Positions 17,225 through 26,421 of a stretch of 64,000 bases of DNA are shown in pieces (position 1 is the first letter of the stretch; each line of letters starts with the position of its first letter). The stretch is from Spartobacteria bacterium (lineage in GTDB: Bacteria; Verrucomicrobiota; Kiritimatiellia; RZYC01). The notes beneath the pieces were generated by a model. It saw only the letters and a program-made list of their open reading frames with translations. It did no database searches and was not told the origin of the DNA. Position numbers and translations under genes: made by a program. The stretch covers positions 1,121 to 65,120 of the forward strand of contig RZYC01000002.1 of the NCBI GenBank assembly GCA_009930475.1, in the 5' to 3' direction.

Positions 17225-17368
17225 CTACCGACTCCCTTCGTGTCAACAAGAGAATTGGCAAAAACAATCATCGTGGCACCCATGCGACGTTTAATCAATC
17301 ATATATTCTTATATAGGCTGGAGATATTTATTCAAACAGCCATAATGATCCAATAATGAACAGGTGAA

Positions 17369-18940
17369 TTACGTCCGGGCAATGAACTGACCGGCCCGCT
17401 GCCGAGTTTGTCTTCCTCCAGAAACAGCAACTCTTCCGTTGACTACAACGGTAGTGATGCCCTCCGCCAATTGATGAGGCTGCGCGTAAGTTGTGCGCGC
17501 GGCAACCTCTTGGGTAAACAAGCAAATATCGGCGACATACCCCGCTTTGAGGCGTCCTCGTTTTCCTAACTGAAAGTGGTTGGCGGGCATAGAAGTCATT
17601 TTCCTGACGGCTTCCGGCAGGGACACCGTTTTACCAGCGATGGCACTGGCGAGAAATCCTGCGGTGGAGCCATAAGCACGGGGATGCGGGTGATCTTCGG
17701 CTAAAAAGCCGGTGGTTGCACGCAATGAGGCGTCACTGCCAATCATAACCCATGGCTTTGCGAGAATCTTCCACATATTGTCTTCGGACATGCCAAAAAA
17801 GATGCCGCTGGTCTTACTACGATCTAACAGCAGCACGCGAAACAGTGTTTCGACCGGATCGAGGTTCCATATTTCCGCCAATGTGAGCAGCGGAGTTCCT
17901 TTGTACACCTGCAACGAAGGATGAAGGGTATTACCAATGAGAACGCCTTCCCAGTAATCTGCATCACGCTCCCGATTAATCTCTTCCGCCATTTTGCTGC
18001 GCATCGATGCATCATTAAGACACTCCAGTGCGGCTTGCGGCCCGTTTTTAAAAACCCATGATGGCAAAAGTACGTCCAAATCGGTACAGGACGCCGTATA
18101 GGGATAGCGATCGGATCGAATGGATACGCCTTCAGCCTGCGCAGATTCAATTTTGCCAAAGACATCGTTTAGTTTATGCCAGTTGCGTTTTCCTGCTGTT
18201 TTTAAATGGGAAATCTGTAATTTCAGTCCGGCAGAGCGAACAATATGCAGCGTTTCATCCAGCGCCTCCAGCAATGAATCGCCTTCGTTGCGCATATGTG
18301 TCGCATAGATACCATTGTATTTGGCAACGATCTTTGCCAAGTCGATCACTTCTTCTATCGGCGCAAAACAACCCGGCGGATAAAGCAATCCCGTGCTTAA
18401 TCCCAAACTCCCCTCATCCATGGCCTGTTCAAGAACTCGCTGCATGGTGCGCTGTTCGTCGTGTGACAGCGGATGATCGGCATACCCGACCACCCCGGCC
18501 CGCAGCGCATTATGCCCTGTGAACATGGCGATATTCACGGCAGGCTGCACCTGATCCAGCAAGGAGCGATACTCCCCCAGCGTCGACCATGTCCCGGGAT
18601 AAGGCAGATTTCGCCAATCCGAAGGCATTTTATATAAGGGCAGCAAGGGCGCGGCAGATGCGCCGCATTGACCGACAACCTCCGTCGTGACGCCCTGGGT
18701 GATTTTACTTTCGGCCGAGGGTTCCAAAAGAATAAACGCATCGGAATGGGAATGGACATCAATGAAACCCGGAGCCGCATAGGCCCCCTGCCCGTCAATC
18801 ACACATTCAGCGTCACAGCAGTCGTCCACTCCAGCCCCGACATCGACAATCCGATCTCCGCGAACAGCGATACCGCCTTTCACTACTGAATCACCAGATC
18901 CATCAAGCAAAAGCACATTTTTTATCAGTAAATCAATCAT
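17369..18940 (-). CDS. N-acyl-D-amino-acid deacylase (D-aminoacylase), amidohydrolase superfamily
   Basis: MIDLLIKNVLLLDGSG..., GFIDVHSHSD metal-binding motif, about 520 aa, typical of D-aminoacylases. Confidence 0.75.
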   Translation of the reverse strand: MIDLLIKNVLLLDGSGDSVVKGGIAVRGDRIVDVGAGVDDCCDAECVIDGQGAYAAPGFIDVHSHSDAFILLEPSAESKITQGVTTEVVGQCGASAAPLLPLYKMPSDWRNLPYPGTWSTLGEYRSLLDQVQPAVNIAMFTGHNALRAGVVGYADHPLSHDEQRTMQRVLEQAMDEGSLGLSTGLLYPPGCFAPIEEVIDLAKIVAKYNGIYATHMRNEGDSLLEALDETLHIVRSAGLKLQISHLKTAGKRNWHKLNDVFGKIESAQAEGVSIRSDRYPYTASCTDLDVLLPSWVFKNGPQAALECLNDASMRSKMAEEINRERDADYWEGVLIGNTLHPSLQVYKGTPLLTLAEIWNLDPVETLFRVLLLDRSKTSGIFFGMSEDNMWKILAKPWVMIGSDASLRATTGFLAEDHPHPRAYGSTAGFLASAIAGKTVSLPEAVRKMTSMPANHFQLGKRGRLKAGYVADICLFTQEVAARTTYAQPHQLAEGITTVVVNGRVAVSGGRQTRQRAGQFIART

Positions 18941-19146
18941 GGGCGAAGCATGATAAAATAGATCGGGTTTGCAAGTTTTTTAAAAAATGAGGATGGACGC
19001 ACCATCTAATTGACTAGAAATGACGCACATGGCGATGTCTATTACCTTGACCTTCCCATGGTGTTCCTGCAACGTGAACTCCTTATGAAGACAACGCTGT
19101 CGACCCCACAGTAATTCAATGACGATGTCATGTAGAGGATAACACG

Positions 19147-20961
19147 ATGCGAAGAAGAACAGAAAATAGACTGAATTACCATCGAATGCATTTTGTGCTA
19201 TTAATGGTCGTGACGCTATTCTCAGTAACTGCGGCTTTTGCAGCAAAAACTGATCAGACCGGTGCCACGGCCAACGAAGTATTTCACGACACCATGATCT
19301 GGGCCAATCTATCCAGTCCCCACAGCACTTGGCACTCCATGATTTCATTGATCGATGAATATAACAGCATCATCAAAAAAGCCGGATTTACACCAGAAAA
19401 TGTCCAGGGCTTGATGCATCTGGAAACGGAAATCGCCAACTGCATCGATTTACGGGATGTCGCCCCGTCGGTACGCGTGAGCACCGCCATGGAAACCGCT
19501 GTTTACCTGCGCGAACTTCTGGCACGGTTTGAAACCCCGCCATCCGATTTTCTGCCCGACCGCGACGAGGCTTATCAGGAAATCAAACAAGGCCAGCCTC
19601 CTATTTGGCGCATTGCCGACTCCCCTATTTCCATCACATTGATGAAAGAAGGAGAACACGCCGGCGATTTCCAATTTTCAGCCCGTACAATTACCATTGC
19701 GCAAAGTGCTTTTGAACTGCTGAAAGATCGCCCGTACGTGGATAAGTCCGTAGAAGGTCTGTTTGAAAACTATTTTCTCACACCGGGAGCCCATATTCCG
19801 CAGGCATGGATTCGTCGCCTGCCGCTATGGATGAGCTACCAGTACCTGCACAACACCGTGTGGCAATGGCTCAGCACGCTGCTTGGTCTGATCCTTATTA
19901 TCGCATTTATTTTTTTCTCGGGTCGATGGATTCACCGCATGGGACAAAAACGTCAGGTACTGAGCCGCACTATGATTCGCATAACATGGCCGCTTTTAAG
20001 CAGTCTGGTCACCATATTTGTCATCCACTTTCTGGCAAATGAAATATTCATTACCGGGCAGCTCTTATTGTCTGTGCGATTTATGCAGTATGTCATCCTC
20101 TTGGTTGCTGGCGTGGCCATGGTTATTTCTATGGGAAATCTCCTGGCCGAATGGGCTGTTCATTTAACCAGATACACGCAGAAATCCATCGACACCTATC
20201 TCATTCGACTGGGCATCCGCCTCGTCAGCATGACCATTGCTGTCATTGTGATCATCGAAGGATTGCAAAAAATGGGGTTTTCACTCGCAACGGTGCTGGC
20301 CGGCGCCGGAGTTACCGGGTTGGCCATTGCATTGGCGGCTCAGGAATCTCTGCGCAATATCTTCGGCAGCATCATGCTGTTGCTGGACAAACCCTTTACG
20401 GTCGGTCAGCGGGTATTGATTCGCGGCCATGACGGCGTCGTAGAAAATATAGGGATGCGCTCCACAAAGATCCGCCTGCTATCCGGTCATCTTTCATCCA
20501 TTCCCAATGACGATGTAGCACGTGCTGATATTGAAAATGTGGGAGAACGCCCTTATATTCGCCGCAAATTCAGTGTCACCATCACCTATGATACCCCGCT
20601 GGAAAAAATCGATGAAGCCGTTGCTATTTTGCGTGATATCCTTGCCGTAAAAGAATGCAAAGGCGGACTCAATGCACCGGAACGACAGATCAATACACCC
20701 GACCATCCACCCAGGGTGTACTTCAATGACCTTAATGCCGATTCTCTTAATATTCTGGTCATATATTGGTTTGTGCCTGCGGATTACTGGGCGGCAGTAG
20801 CCTTTGATCACCACGTCAACCGCGAGATCATACGACGTTTTAACGAGGCCGGCATTGAGTTTGCCTTCCCGACCCAGACCCTGTTTATGGCGGGGGATCC
20901 CAATCGTCCCTTGGATATCGGACTGCAACCTGACCCGGAACCGAATAAGAAGAGCGATTGA
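19147..20961 (+). CDS. Mechanosensitive ion channel, MscS family (large, multi-TM N-terminus)
   Basis: Conserved MscS core ...PFTVGQRVLIRGHDGVVENIGMRSTKIRLLSGHLSSIPNDDVARADIEN. Confidence 0.8.
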   Translation: MRRRTENRLNYHRMHFVLLMVVTLFSVTAAFAAKTDQTGATANEVFHDTMIWANLSSPHSTWHSMISLIDEYNSIIKKAGFTPENVQGLMHLETEIANCIDLRDVAPSVRVSTAMETAVYLRELLARFETPPSDFLPDRDEAYQEIKQGQPPIWRIADSPISITLMKEGEHAGDFQFSARTITIAQSAFELLKDRPYVDKSVEGLFENYFLTPGAHIPQAWIRRLPLWMSYQYLHNTVWQWLSTLLGLILIIAFIFFSGRWIHRMGQKRQVLSRTMIRITWPLLSSLVTIFVIHFLANEIFITGQLLLSVRFMQYVILLVAGVAMVISMGNLLAEWAVHLTRYTQKSIDTYLIRLGIRLVSMTIAVIVIIEGLQKMGFSLATVLAGAGVTGLAIALAAQESLRNIFGSIMLLLDKPFTVGQRVLIRGHDGVVENIGMRSTKIRLLSGHLSSIPNDDVARADIENVGERPYIRRKFSVTITYDTPLEKIDEAVAILRDILAVKECKGGLNAPERQINTPDHPPRVYFNDLNADSLNILVIYWFVPADYWAAVAFDHHVNREIIRRFNEAGIEFAFPTQTLFMAGDPNRPLDIGLQPDPEPNKKSD

Positions 20962-21064
20962 TTTGGGATTGAATTGCGCGAAAGAATGCGCATCATGTAC
21001 AACTTTTCCTGCAACCAAAATCCGGACAGTCCGGCAGAAAACAATTAACACAAAGGATACAGCG

Positions 21065-21376
21065 ATGGCGAATATGATGAAATTGATGAAACAGGCTGCC
21101 AGCATGCAGAAAAATATGGAAAAAGCGCAACGCGAACTGGCCGATAAATCCGTAGAATTCACCAGCGGCGGCGGCATGGTGACGGTGGAAGCTACAGGCG
21201 ACGGACAAATCAAATCCCTGCGCATTGATCCCAAAGCCGTCGACCCCGACGACGTGGAAATGCTGGAAGATCTTGTTTTGGCGGCCGTTCAGGGCGCACT
21301 GAATTCCGCAAAAGATATGGCCGCAGCCGAAATGTCTAAATTGACCAACGGAATGAATATCCCCGGCTTATTCTAA
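21065..21376 (+). CDS. ybaB: Nucleoid-associated protein YbaB/EbfC
   Basis: MANMMKLMKQAASMQKNMEKAQRELADKSVEFTSGGGMVTVEATGDGQIKSLRIDP... The longer 20804-21376 ORF is rejected. Confidence 0.85.
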   Translation: MANMMKLMKQAASMQKNMEKAQRELADKSVEFTSGGGMVTVEATGDGQIKSLRIDPKAVDPDDVEMLEDLVLAAVQGALNSAKDMAAAEMSKLTNGMNIPGLF

Positions 21377-21377
21377 T

Positions 21378-21977
21378 ATGATTCCCCAATTTGACCAACT
21401 GGTTCGCGTGCTGGCTCGACTGCCAGGCGTCGGACGCCGTTCCGCTGAACGCATGGCACTGCGTCTGATCCAAGATAAAGACCGATTGCTGACCGAACTT
21501 CAGCAGACACTCGCCATGGCGCAGGAAAACATTTGTTGCTGCCGCTTATGCGGCGGCATCACTTCTACCGAACGCAACCCCTGTTCACTGTGCAAAGATC
21601 CCACGCGCGAACCCGTTTTATGCGTCGTAGAATCCGCCAGCGACATCCAGCTTCTTGAAGAATCGGGCGGTTATCGCGGTTATTATCATGCCTTATCGTC
21701 TAAACTATCGCCCATAAATGGTCAGGGAACCAAAGCCCTGCGTATCGAGATCCTATTGGAACGACTGCGTGAAAATGACTTCAAGGAAGTGATTCTGGCC
21801 ATGGATACCGACGTCGAAAGCGATGCAACAGCCGCCCTCCTTGTGGAAAAACTGCGCGATACCGATGTAGCCGTCACACGCATTGCTCAGGGCATCCCCG
21901 TGGGCAGTGCCGTGGGGTACGTCGATGGTTTAACCCTATCCCGCGCCATGCGTGCCCGCTATGAATGCGGCACCTGA
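21378..21977 (+). CDS. recR: Recombination protein RecR
   Basis: HhH LARLPGVGRRSAERMALRL, C4 zinc finger CCRLCGGITSTERNPCSLC, Toprim domain. Conserved ybaB-recR order. Confidence 0.9.
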   Translation: MIPQFDQLVRVLARLPGVGRRSAERMALRLIQDKDRLLTELQQTLAMAQENICCCRLCGGITSTERNPCSLCKDPTREPVLCVVESASDIQLLEESGGYRGYYHALSSKLSPINGQGTKALRIEILLERLRENDFKEVILAMDTDVESDATAALLVEKLRDTDVAVTRIAQGIPVGSAVGYVDGLTLSRAMRARYECGT

Positions 21978-22005
21978 CCAGATCTGAGTTCCACGGCCTC
22001 ATCCT

Positions 22006-22035
22006 AAAAAGTTCCAATGAGTGGAATTTTTATTT
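22006..22035. repeat. REP-like palindrome variant (gttccaatgagtggaat) directly after recR
   Basis: aaaaagttccaatgagtggaattttt; hairpin plus T-run in a terminator position. Confidence 0.6.
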
Positions 22036-22207
22036 AGCGCAATAAATCGGCGCAAAAAAGCAGGATAACAATTCCGTGCGGAGCTATCAAACAAAAAATT
22101 ATAATTAGCCTGACTTATAATATGATATATATTTCCGTTGCATTTTTTGTTAGAGTGCATGAAGCTGGTCGTATAAAGTACACAGAACAATTTACGTGAG
22201 GTGAAAG

Positions 22208-22693
22208 ATGAAGCAGTTATGGGCTCCTTGGCGCATGGAATACATTAAGGACAATACAACGAATGGCGGTTGCTTTATGTGCGCGATTTTTGCATCGAAT
22301 GATGACCGGGAAAATCTGGTCATTCAGCGAGGCGAGCATTGTGCAATTGTTATGAACCGGTATCCCTATTCTAATGGACATCTGATGGTTGCGCCCTATC
22401 GCCACATCGCACAGATGGAAGACATGACAGTGGACGAACAGCTGGAAATGATGCAGCTGAGTACGCGCTGTGTGCAGCTATTGAAAAAAACGGTGAATCC
22501 ACAGGGGTTCAATATCGGCATTAACATCGGAGATGTGGCAGGTGCCGGATTGAAGGATCACATTCATCTGCATGTGGTTCCGCGCTGGAACGGCGACACG
22601 AATTTCATGCCGATTTTTGGTGAAACGAAGGTTATTCCGCAATCACTGCTGGAAGTACGGGATTTACTGGTCGAGGCGGGCCAGCTCGGGTAA
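22208..22693 (+). CDS. HIT-family nucleotide hydrolase/transferase
   Basis: APWRMEYI N-terminus and histidine triad HIHLHVVPRW. Confidence 0.75.
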   Translation: MKQLWAPWRMEYIKDNTTNGGCFMCAIFASNDDRENLVIQRGEHCAIVMNRYPYSNGHLMVAPYRHIAQMEDMTVDEQLEMMQLSTRCVQLLKKTVNPQGFNIGINIGDVAGAGLKDHIHLHVVPRWNGDTNFMPIFGETKVIPQSLLEVRDLLVEAGQLG

Positions 22694-22718
22694 CCAGAGG
22701 ACTCAGGGAGGTTGTATC

Positions 22719-23885
22719 ATGGCTAAGAAAAAGGTGATGATTCTATCGGTGAGCGCAGGCAGCGGTCATCTGCGTGCGGCGGAAGCACTGGAAGAGGCAT
22801 GCCGCAAAGATGACCGCGTGGAAGAGGTTCGCCACATCGATGCGCTGGCTTTTACCAATAAGGTTTTTCAGGAAATTTATTCCAAAGGGTATATTGAAGC
22901 GGTCAAAAAAGCTCCGGAACTGTGGGCGATTGCTTTTGACGAAACCGATGTACCATGGCATCGCACCAAGGCGTTGTCCGTCATGCAGCGACTCAACGCA
23001 CAGCCACTGGTGAATGAGCTGAAGCGGTTTGAGCCGGATATCTGTCTGTGTACCCATTTTATGCCGGCGGATATTATTTCACGACTGATTCAGGCCGATA
23101 AACTGCACACGAATGTCGGCGTCGTCGTGACCGATTATTACGTACATGCCACTTGGTTATGTGATATTTTCACGCGGTATTTTGTGGGAAAACAGGAGAG
23201 CAAGGTGTTTCTCGAGGCCATCGGATTGCCCACCGATCGTATCGAGGTGTCCGGCATTCCCATATCCCAGGATTTTTCACAGGTGATGGATCGCGGGGGG
23301 TTATTAAAAAAACATGGACTGCTGCCCGATCGCCCGGTGGTTCTGTTGTCCGCCGGCACCTTTGGCGTCATGCCTGCCAAGGATATTTTCCGTATTCTTG
23401 AACGTATAAAAACCCCCGCGCAGCTGGTTGTAGTCTGCGGGCATAACGACAAGTTGAAGGAGGCATTAAACGATTATGCCGACACGGCGCTTACGGACAG
23501 CAATAAACGGTACGTGATACTTGGCTACACCGACGTGATGCATGAATTGCTGGCTGTGGCGGATCTTTTCATCGGCAAGCCGGGCGGCCTGACCACCAGC
23601 GAATGTATGGCGGCCGGCGTACCTATGATTGTCTGGGATCCCATTCCCGGACAGGAATGGTTCAATGCCTGTTATTTACTGGAAAGCGGTGCGGGCATTA
23701 TTCCCGATAATGCCGTAACCATCGGCTACAAAGTGGATTCCATTCTCGGTGATGCAGAAAAACTCAAAAAAATGAGCAATGCGGCGAGGGCTATAGCCAA
23801 ACCCGATGCCGCATCACATATCGTTGATGCCATGTTGAAAAACGAGAATGAAACACCGGTAAAAGCTTTTAAAAAGAAAATGTAA
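22719..23885 (+). CDS. GT28-family glycosyltransferase (MGDG synthase / UgtP-like diacylglycerol glycosyltransferase)
   Basis: MAKKKVMILSVSAGSGHLRAAEALEEA... N-terminus typical of MGDG-synthase-like proteins, and a C-terminal GT-B domain. AGGGAGG sits about 9 nt upstream of the ATG. The longer 22572 start is rejected. Confidence 0.65.
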   Translation: MAKKKVMILSVSAGSGHLRAAEALEEACRKDDRVEEVRHIDALAFTNKVFQEIYSKGYIEAVKKAPELWAIAFDETDVPWHRTKALSVMQRLNAQPLVNELKRFEPDICLCTHFMPADIISRLIQADKLHTNVGVVVTDYYVHATWLCDIFTRYFVGKQESKVFLEAIGLPTDRIEVSGIPISQDFSQVMDRGGLLKKHGLLPDRPVVLLSAGTFGVMPAKDIFRILERIKTPAQLVVVCGHNDKLKEALNDYADTALTDSNKRYVILGYTDVMHELLAVADLFIGKPGGLTTSECMAAGVPMIVWDPIPGQEWFNACYLLESGAGIIPDNAVTIGYKVDSILGDAEKLKKMSNAARAIAKPDAASHIVDAMLKNENETPVKAFKKKM

Positions 23886-23898
23886 CGATCAAAAGCAC

Positions 23899-25377
23899 GT
23901 GTCAGGATTAACTATGGTGAATACAGTTGTTGTCGCACATAAAACACAGGCCGCCTACCCGGAAAAAGAACCTTTTCATCCGGAAGGAGGCTATCCCGAA
24001 TATCCCTTTTCACAGGAATTAACGCAGGAACGAAATGACGTTTATGCGATGGTGCGCGATGTTTTTCGCGAAATGGAACTGGATGCCGGATACTTCGGAA
24101 CACCGCAGTGGAATCCGCTGGGAACCTTTATTAAACCGGGGATGACCGTGGTGTTAAAACCCAACCTGGTGCAGGATCGACATTATCGAGGCGGCGATAT
24201 GGACTGTTTAATCACACATGGTTCTATGGTGCGTGCCGTCATGGACTATGTGTATATCGCGCTGCACGGATCGGGAAAAGTCATCATGGGCGATGCACCG
24301 GTGCTCAGCACGGTGTTTGATAAAGCGGTGGAAAAGGCCCATCTGAATGAAGTCATTGCCTTCTATAAAGAACAGAAGCTGCCGGGTTTCGAGGTCTTTG
24401 ATTTCCGCAAAGTGGTGGGACGTCTGGATGATCGGTTTCATGTGACCGGCTGGGACGAATGCAGGGGCGACCCCCATGGCACGGTGCAGTTTGACCTGGG
24501 CAGCGACAGCATGCTCGAACCCATTGCTAAGTATGCAAAACTGTTCCGTCTGCCTCATTACCGGGTGGGTGATACGGAGCAATATCACAGCAGCTCTTAT
24601 AATAAATTTGTCGTCGCCCGATCAGTTATTGATGCGCAGGTGGTCATCAATATGCCCAAAATGAAAACCCACTGCAAGGCGGGCATGACCGGTGCACTCA
24701 AAAACTTCGTGGGTATGGTGGCCGTGCGACATTGCTATACGAACTATCGCAAAGGTAGTCCGGAACATCATGGTGATGAATACCCCTACCCCAGCACCAT
24801 CAAAACCATCAGCGATGCCATCGAACGCAAGGTGGATGGATTACAGGCGGGGCCGACCCGCAGCCTGCTGACACTGGCGCACCGAGTTAATGAACGTATT
24901 CGCAACATGCTGGGCATCGATGGAATACGCGACGGAGCCTGGTCCGGAAACGATACGGTGTGGCGTGCCATTGTGGATCTGGTCCGCATTGCGCGATATG
25001 GTAAAACGGATGGAACCATGAGCAGCGACCCGCAACGGATCCTGTTTACTATCATGGACGGAATCATTGCCGGCGAGGGCGAAGGCCCGCTGGAATCGCA
25101 ATCCATACACGCCAACTGTCTGATCGCGGGAGTCGACCCCATTGCCGTTGATGCTGTGACATCGAAGCTTATGGGCTTCGACTTTCGCAAGGTTCCTGTA
25201 ATCAAAAACGGAGCAGAGTTAACCACCTGGCCGCTGCTCGACGGGAAGCTTGACGAAATAACCTGCAGAGTAAACGGCAGCGAAACCAATATAAACAACG
25301 TGAACGGCATACTGGAATGCGGCCCGTTCAAACCGGCTCGGGGCTGGATTGGACGGATCGAAGAGGAAAGGCGCTGA
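23899..25377 (+). CDS. DUF362-like domain protein (function unknown)
   Basis: Central segment ...INMPKMKTHCKAGMTGALKNFVGMV... resembles DUF362. No other assignable motif. Confidence 0.4.
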   Translation: MSGLTMVNTVVVAHKTQAAYPEKEPFHPEGGYPEYPFSQELTQERNDVYAMVRDVFREMELDAGYFGTPQWNPLGTFIKPGMTVVLKPNLVQDRHYRGGDMDCLITHGSMVRAVMDYVYIALHGSGKVIMGDAPVLSTVFDKAVEKAHLNEVIAFYKEQKLPGFEVFDFRKVVGRLDDRFHVTGWDECRGDPHGTVQFDLGSDSMLEPIAKYAKLFRLPHYRVGDTEQYHSSSYNKFVVARSVIDAQVVINMPKMKTHCKAGMTGALKNFVGMVAVRHCYTNYRKGSPEHHGDEYPYPSTIKTISDAIERKVDGLQAGPTRSLLTLAHRVNERIRNMLGIDGIRDGAWSGNDTVWRAIVDLVRIARYGKTDGTMSSDPQRILFTIMDGIIAGEGEGPLESQSIHANCLIAGVDPIAVDAVTSKLMGFDFRKVPVIKNGAELTTWPLLDGKLDEITCRVNGSETNINNVNGILECGPFKPARGWIGRIEEERR

Positions 25378-25483
25378 TGCAGCAATCCTATGGCAAACAA
25401 AGTGTTTGTTTGACGATTGTGTTTGTGCTATTCTGCCTCCGTTTTATTCTGTCTGGCTTGTCGTAAATAAGGAAGGGATTTTT

Positions 25484-25924
25484 ATGAATATACTGGTGAT
25501 ACACGGACCTAATTTAAATTTACTGGGGCTGCGCGAGCCCGATAAATACGGAATTGTCGGACTGGATGAAGTAAATCAGCTGGTGCGCGATGAGGCGGAT
25601 CTTCTCGAAATCAGCGTAGAATGCTTTCAGTCAAACATCGAAGGAAATATCGTCACGGCCATTCATAAAGCCATGGGCCGTATCAGCGGAATTATTATTA
25701 ATGCTGCGGCCTATACACATACAAGTATTGCCATCCGTGATGCCATTGCGGCAGTTCAGATACCAACGATTGAAGTGCATTTGACGCAGACTGCCGCCCG
25801 CGAATCCTTTCGTCACGTCAGCATGATTGCACCGGTTTGTATAGGAAGCATTTCCGGGTTTGGTGCCGACAGCTACGTACTGGCTCTTCGCGGAATGTAT
25901 AACTATTTAAATATAAAAGAATAA
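25484..25924 (+). CDS. aroQ: 3-dehydroquinate dehydratase, type II
   Basis: MNILVIHGPNLNLLGLREPDKYG ... INAAAYTHTSIAIRDA, classical AroQ motifs. Conserved aroQ-accB-accC synteny. Confidence 0.85.
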   Translation: MNILVIHGPNLNLLGLREPDKYGIVGLDEVNQLVRDEADLLEISVECFQSNIEGNIVTAIHKAMGRISGIIINAAAYTHTSIAIRDAIAAVQIPTIEVHLTQTAARESFRHVSMIAPVCIGSISGFGADSYVLALRGMYNYLNIKE

Positions 25925-25948
25925 GACCAGAAAGAAGAGGGATGTTGC

Positions 25949-26386
25949 ATGGAATATCGTGAAATTAAGAAACTAGTTGATCTCATTGATGAAAAAGATT
26001 TTTCTGAATTTGAACTGGAGACAGAAGCGTTTCGGGTGAGCATCAAAAAAGGTGGACAGCAGCCGACGATGATGCCAACCGCCATCGCCGCCGCTCCCGC
26101 CGCATCACTGCCCGTGGCCGAACCGGTCGAGGCCGTCGAAGAAAGCGGAGAAGTGGTAAAATGCCCCATTGTCGGAACATTTTATCGTTCCCCTTCACCA
26201 GAATCTGATGTTTTTGTAAAAGTGGGCAGTCCGGTCGAAGAAGATACCGTGGTCTGTATTGTCGAAGCGATGAAAGTAATGAATGAAATCAAAGCGGAAG
26301 TCTGCGGTGTCGTCAAAAAAATATTAGTCGACAACGCTACACCTGTGGAATACGGGCAGCCGCTGTTTCTTATTGAAACAAAATAA
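25949..26386 (+). CDS. accB: Biotin carboxyl carrier protein of acetyl-CoA carboxylase
   Basis: Pro/Ala linker and biotinyl domain with EAMKVMNEI (biotinyl-lysine motif). Confidence 0.9.
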   Translation: MEYREIKKLVDLIDEKDFSEFELETEAFRVSIKKGGQQPTMMPTAIAAAPAASLPVAEPVEAVEESGEVVKCPIVGTFYRSPSPESDVFVKVGSPVEEDTVVCIVEAMKVMNEIKAEVCGVVKKILVDNATPVEYGQPLFLIETK

Positions 26387-26421
26387 TTGCTCAATTTTGA
26401 ACAACGCGGAGAACATTTATT

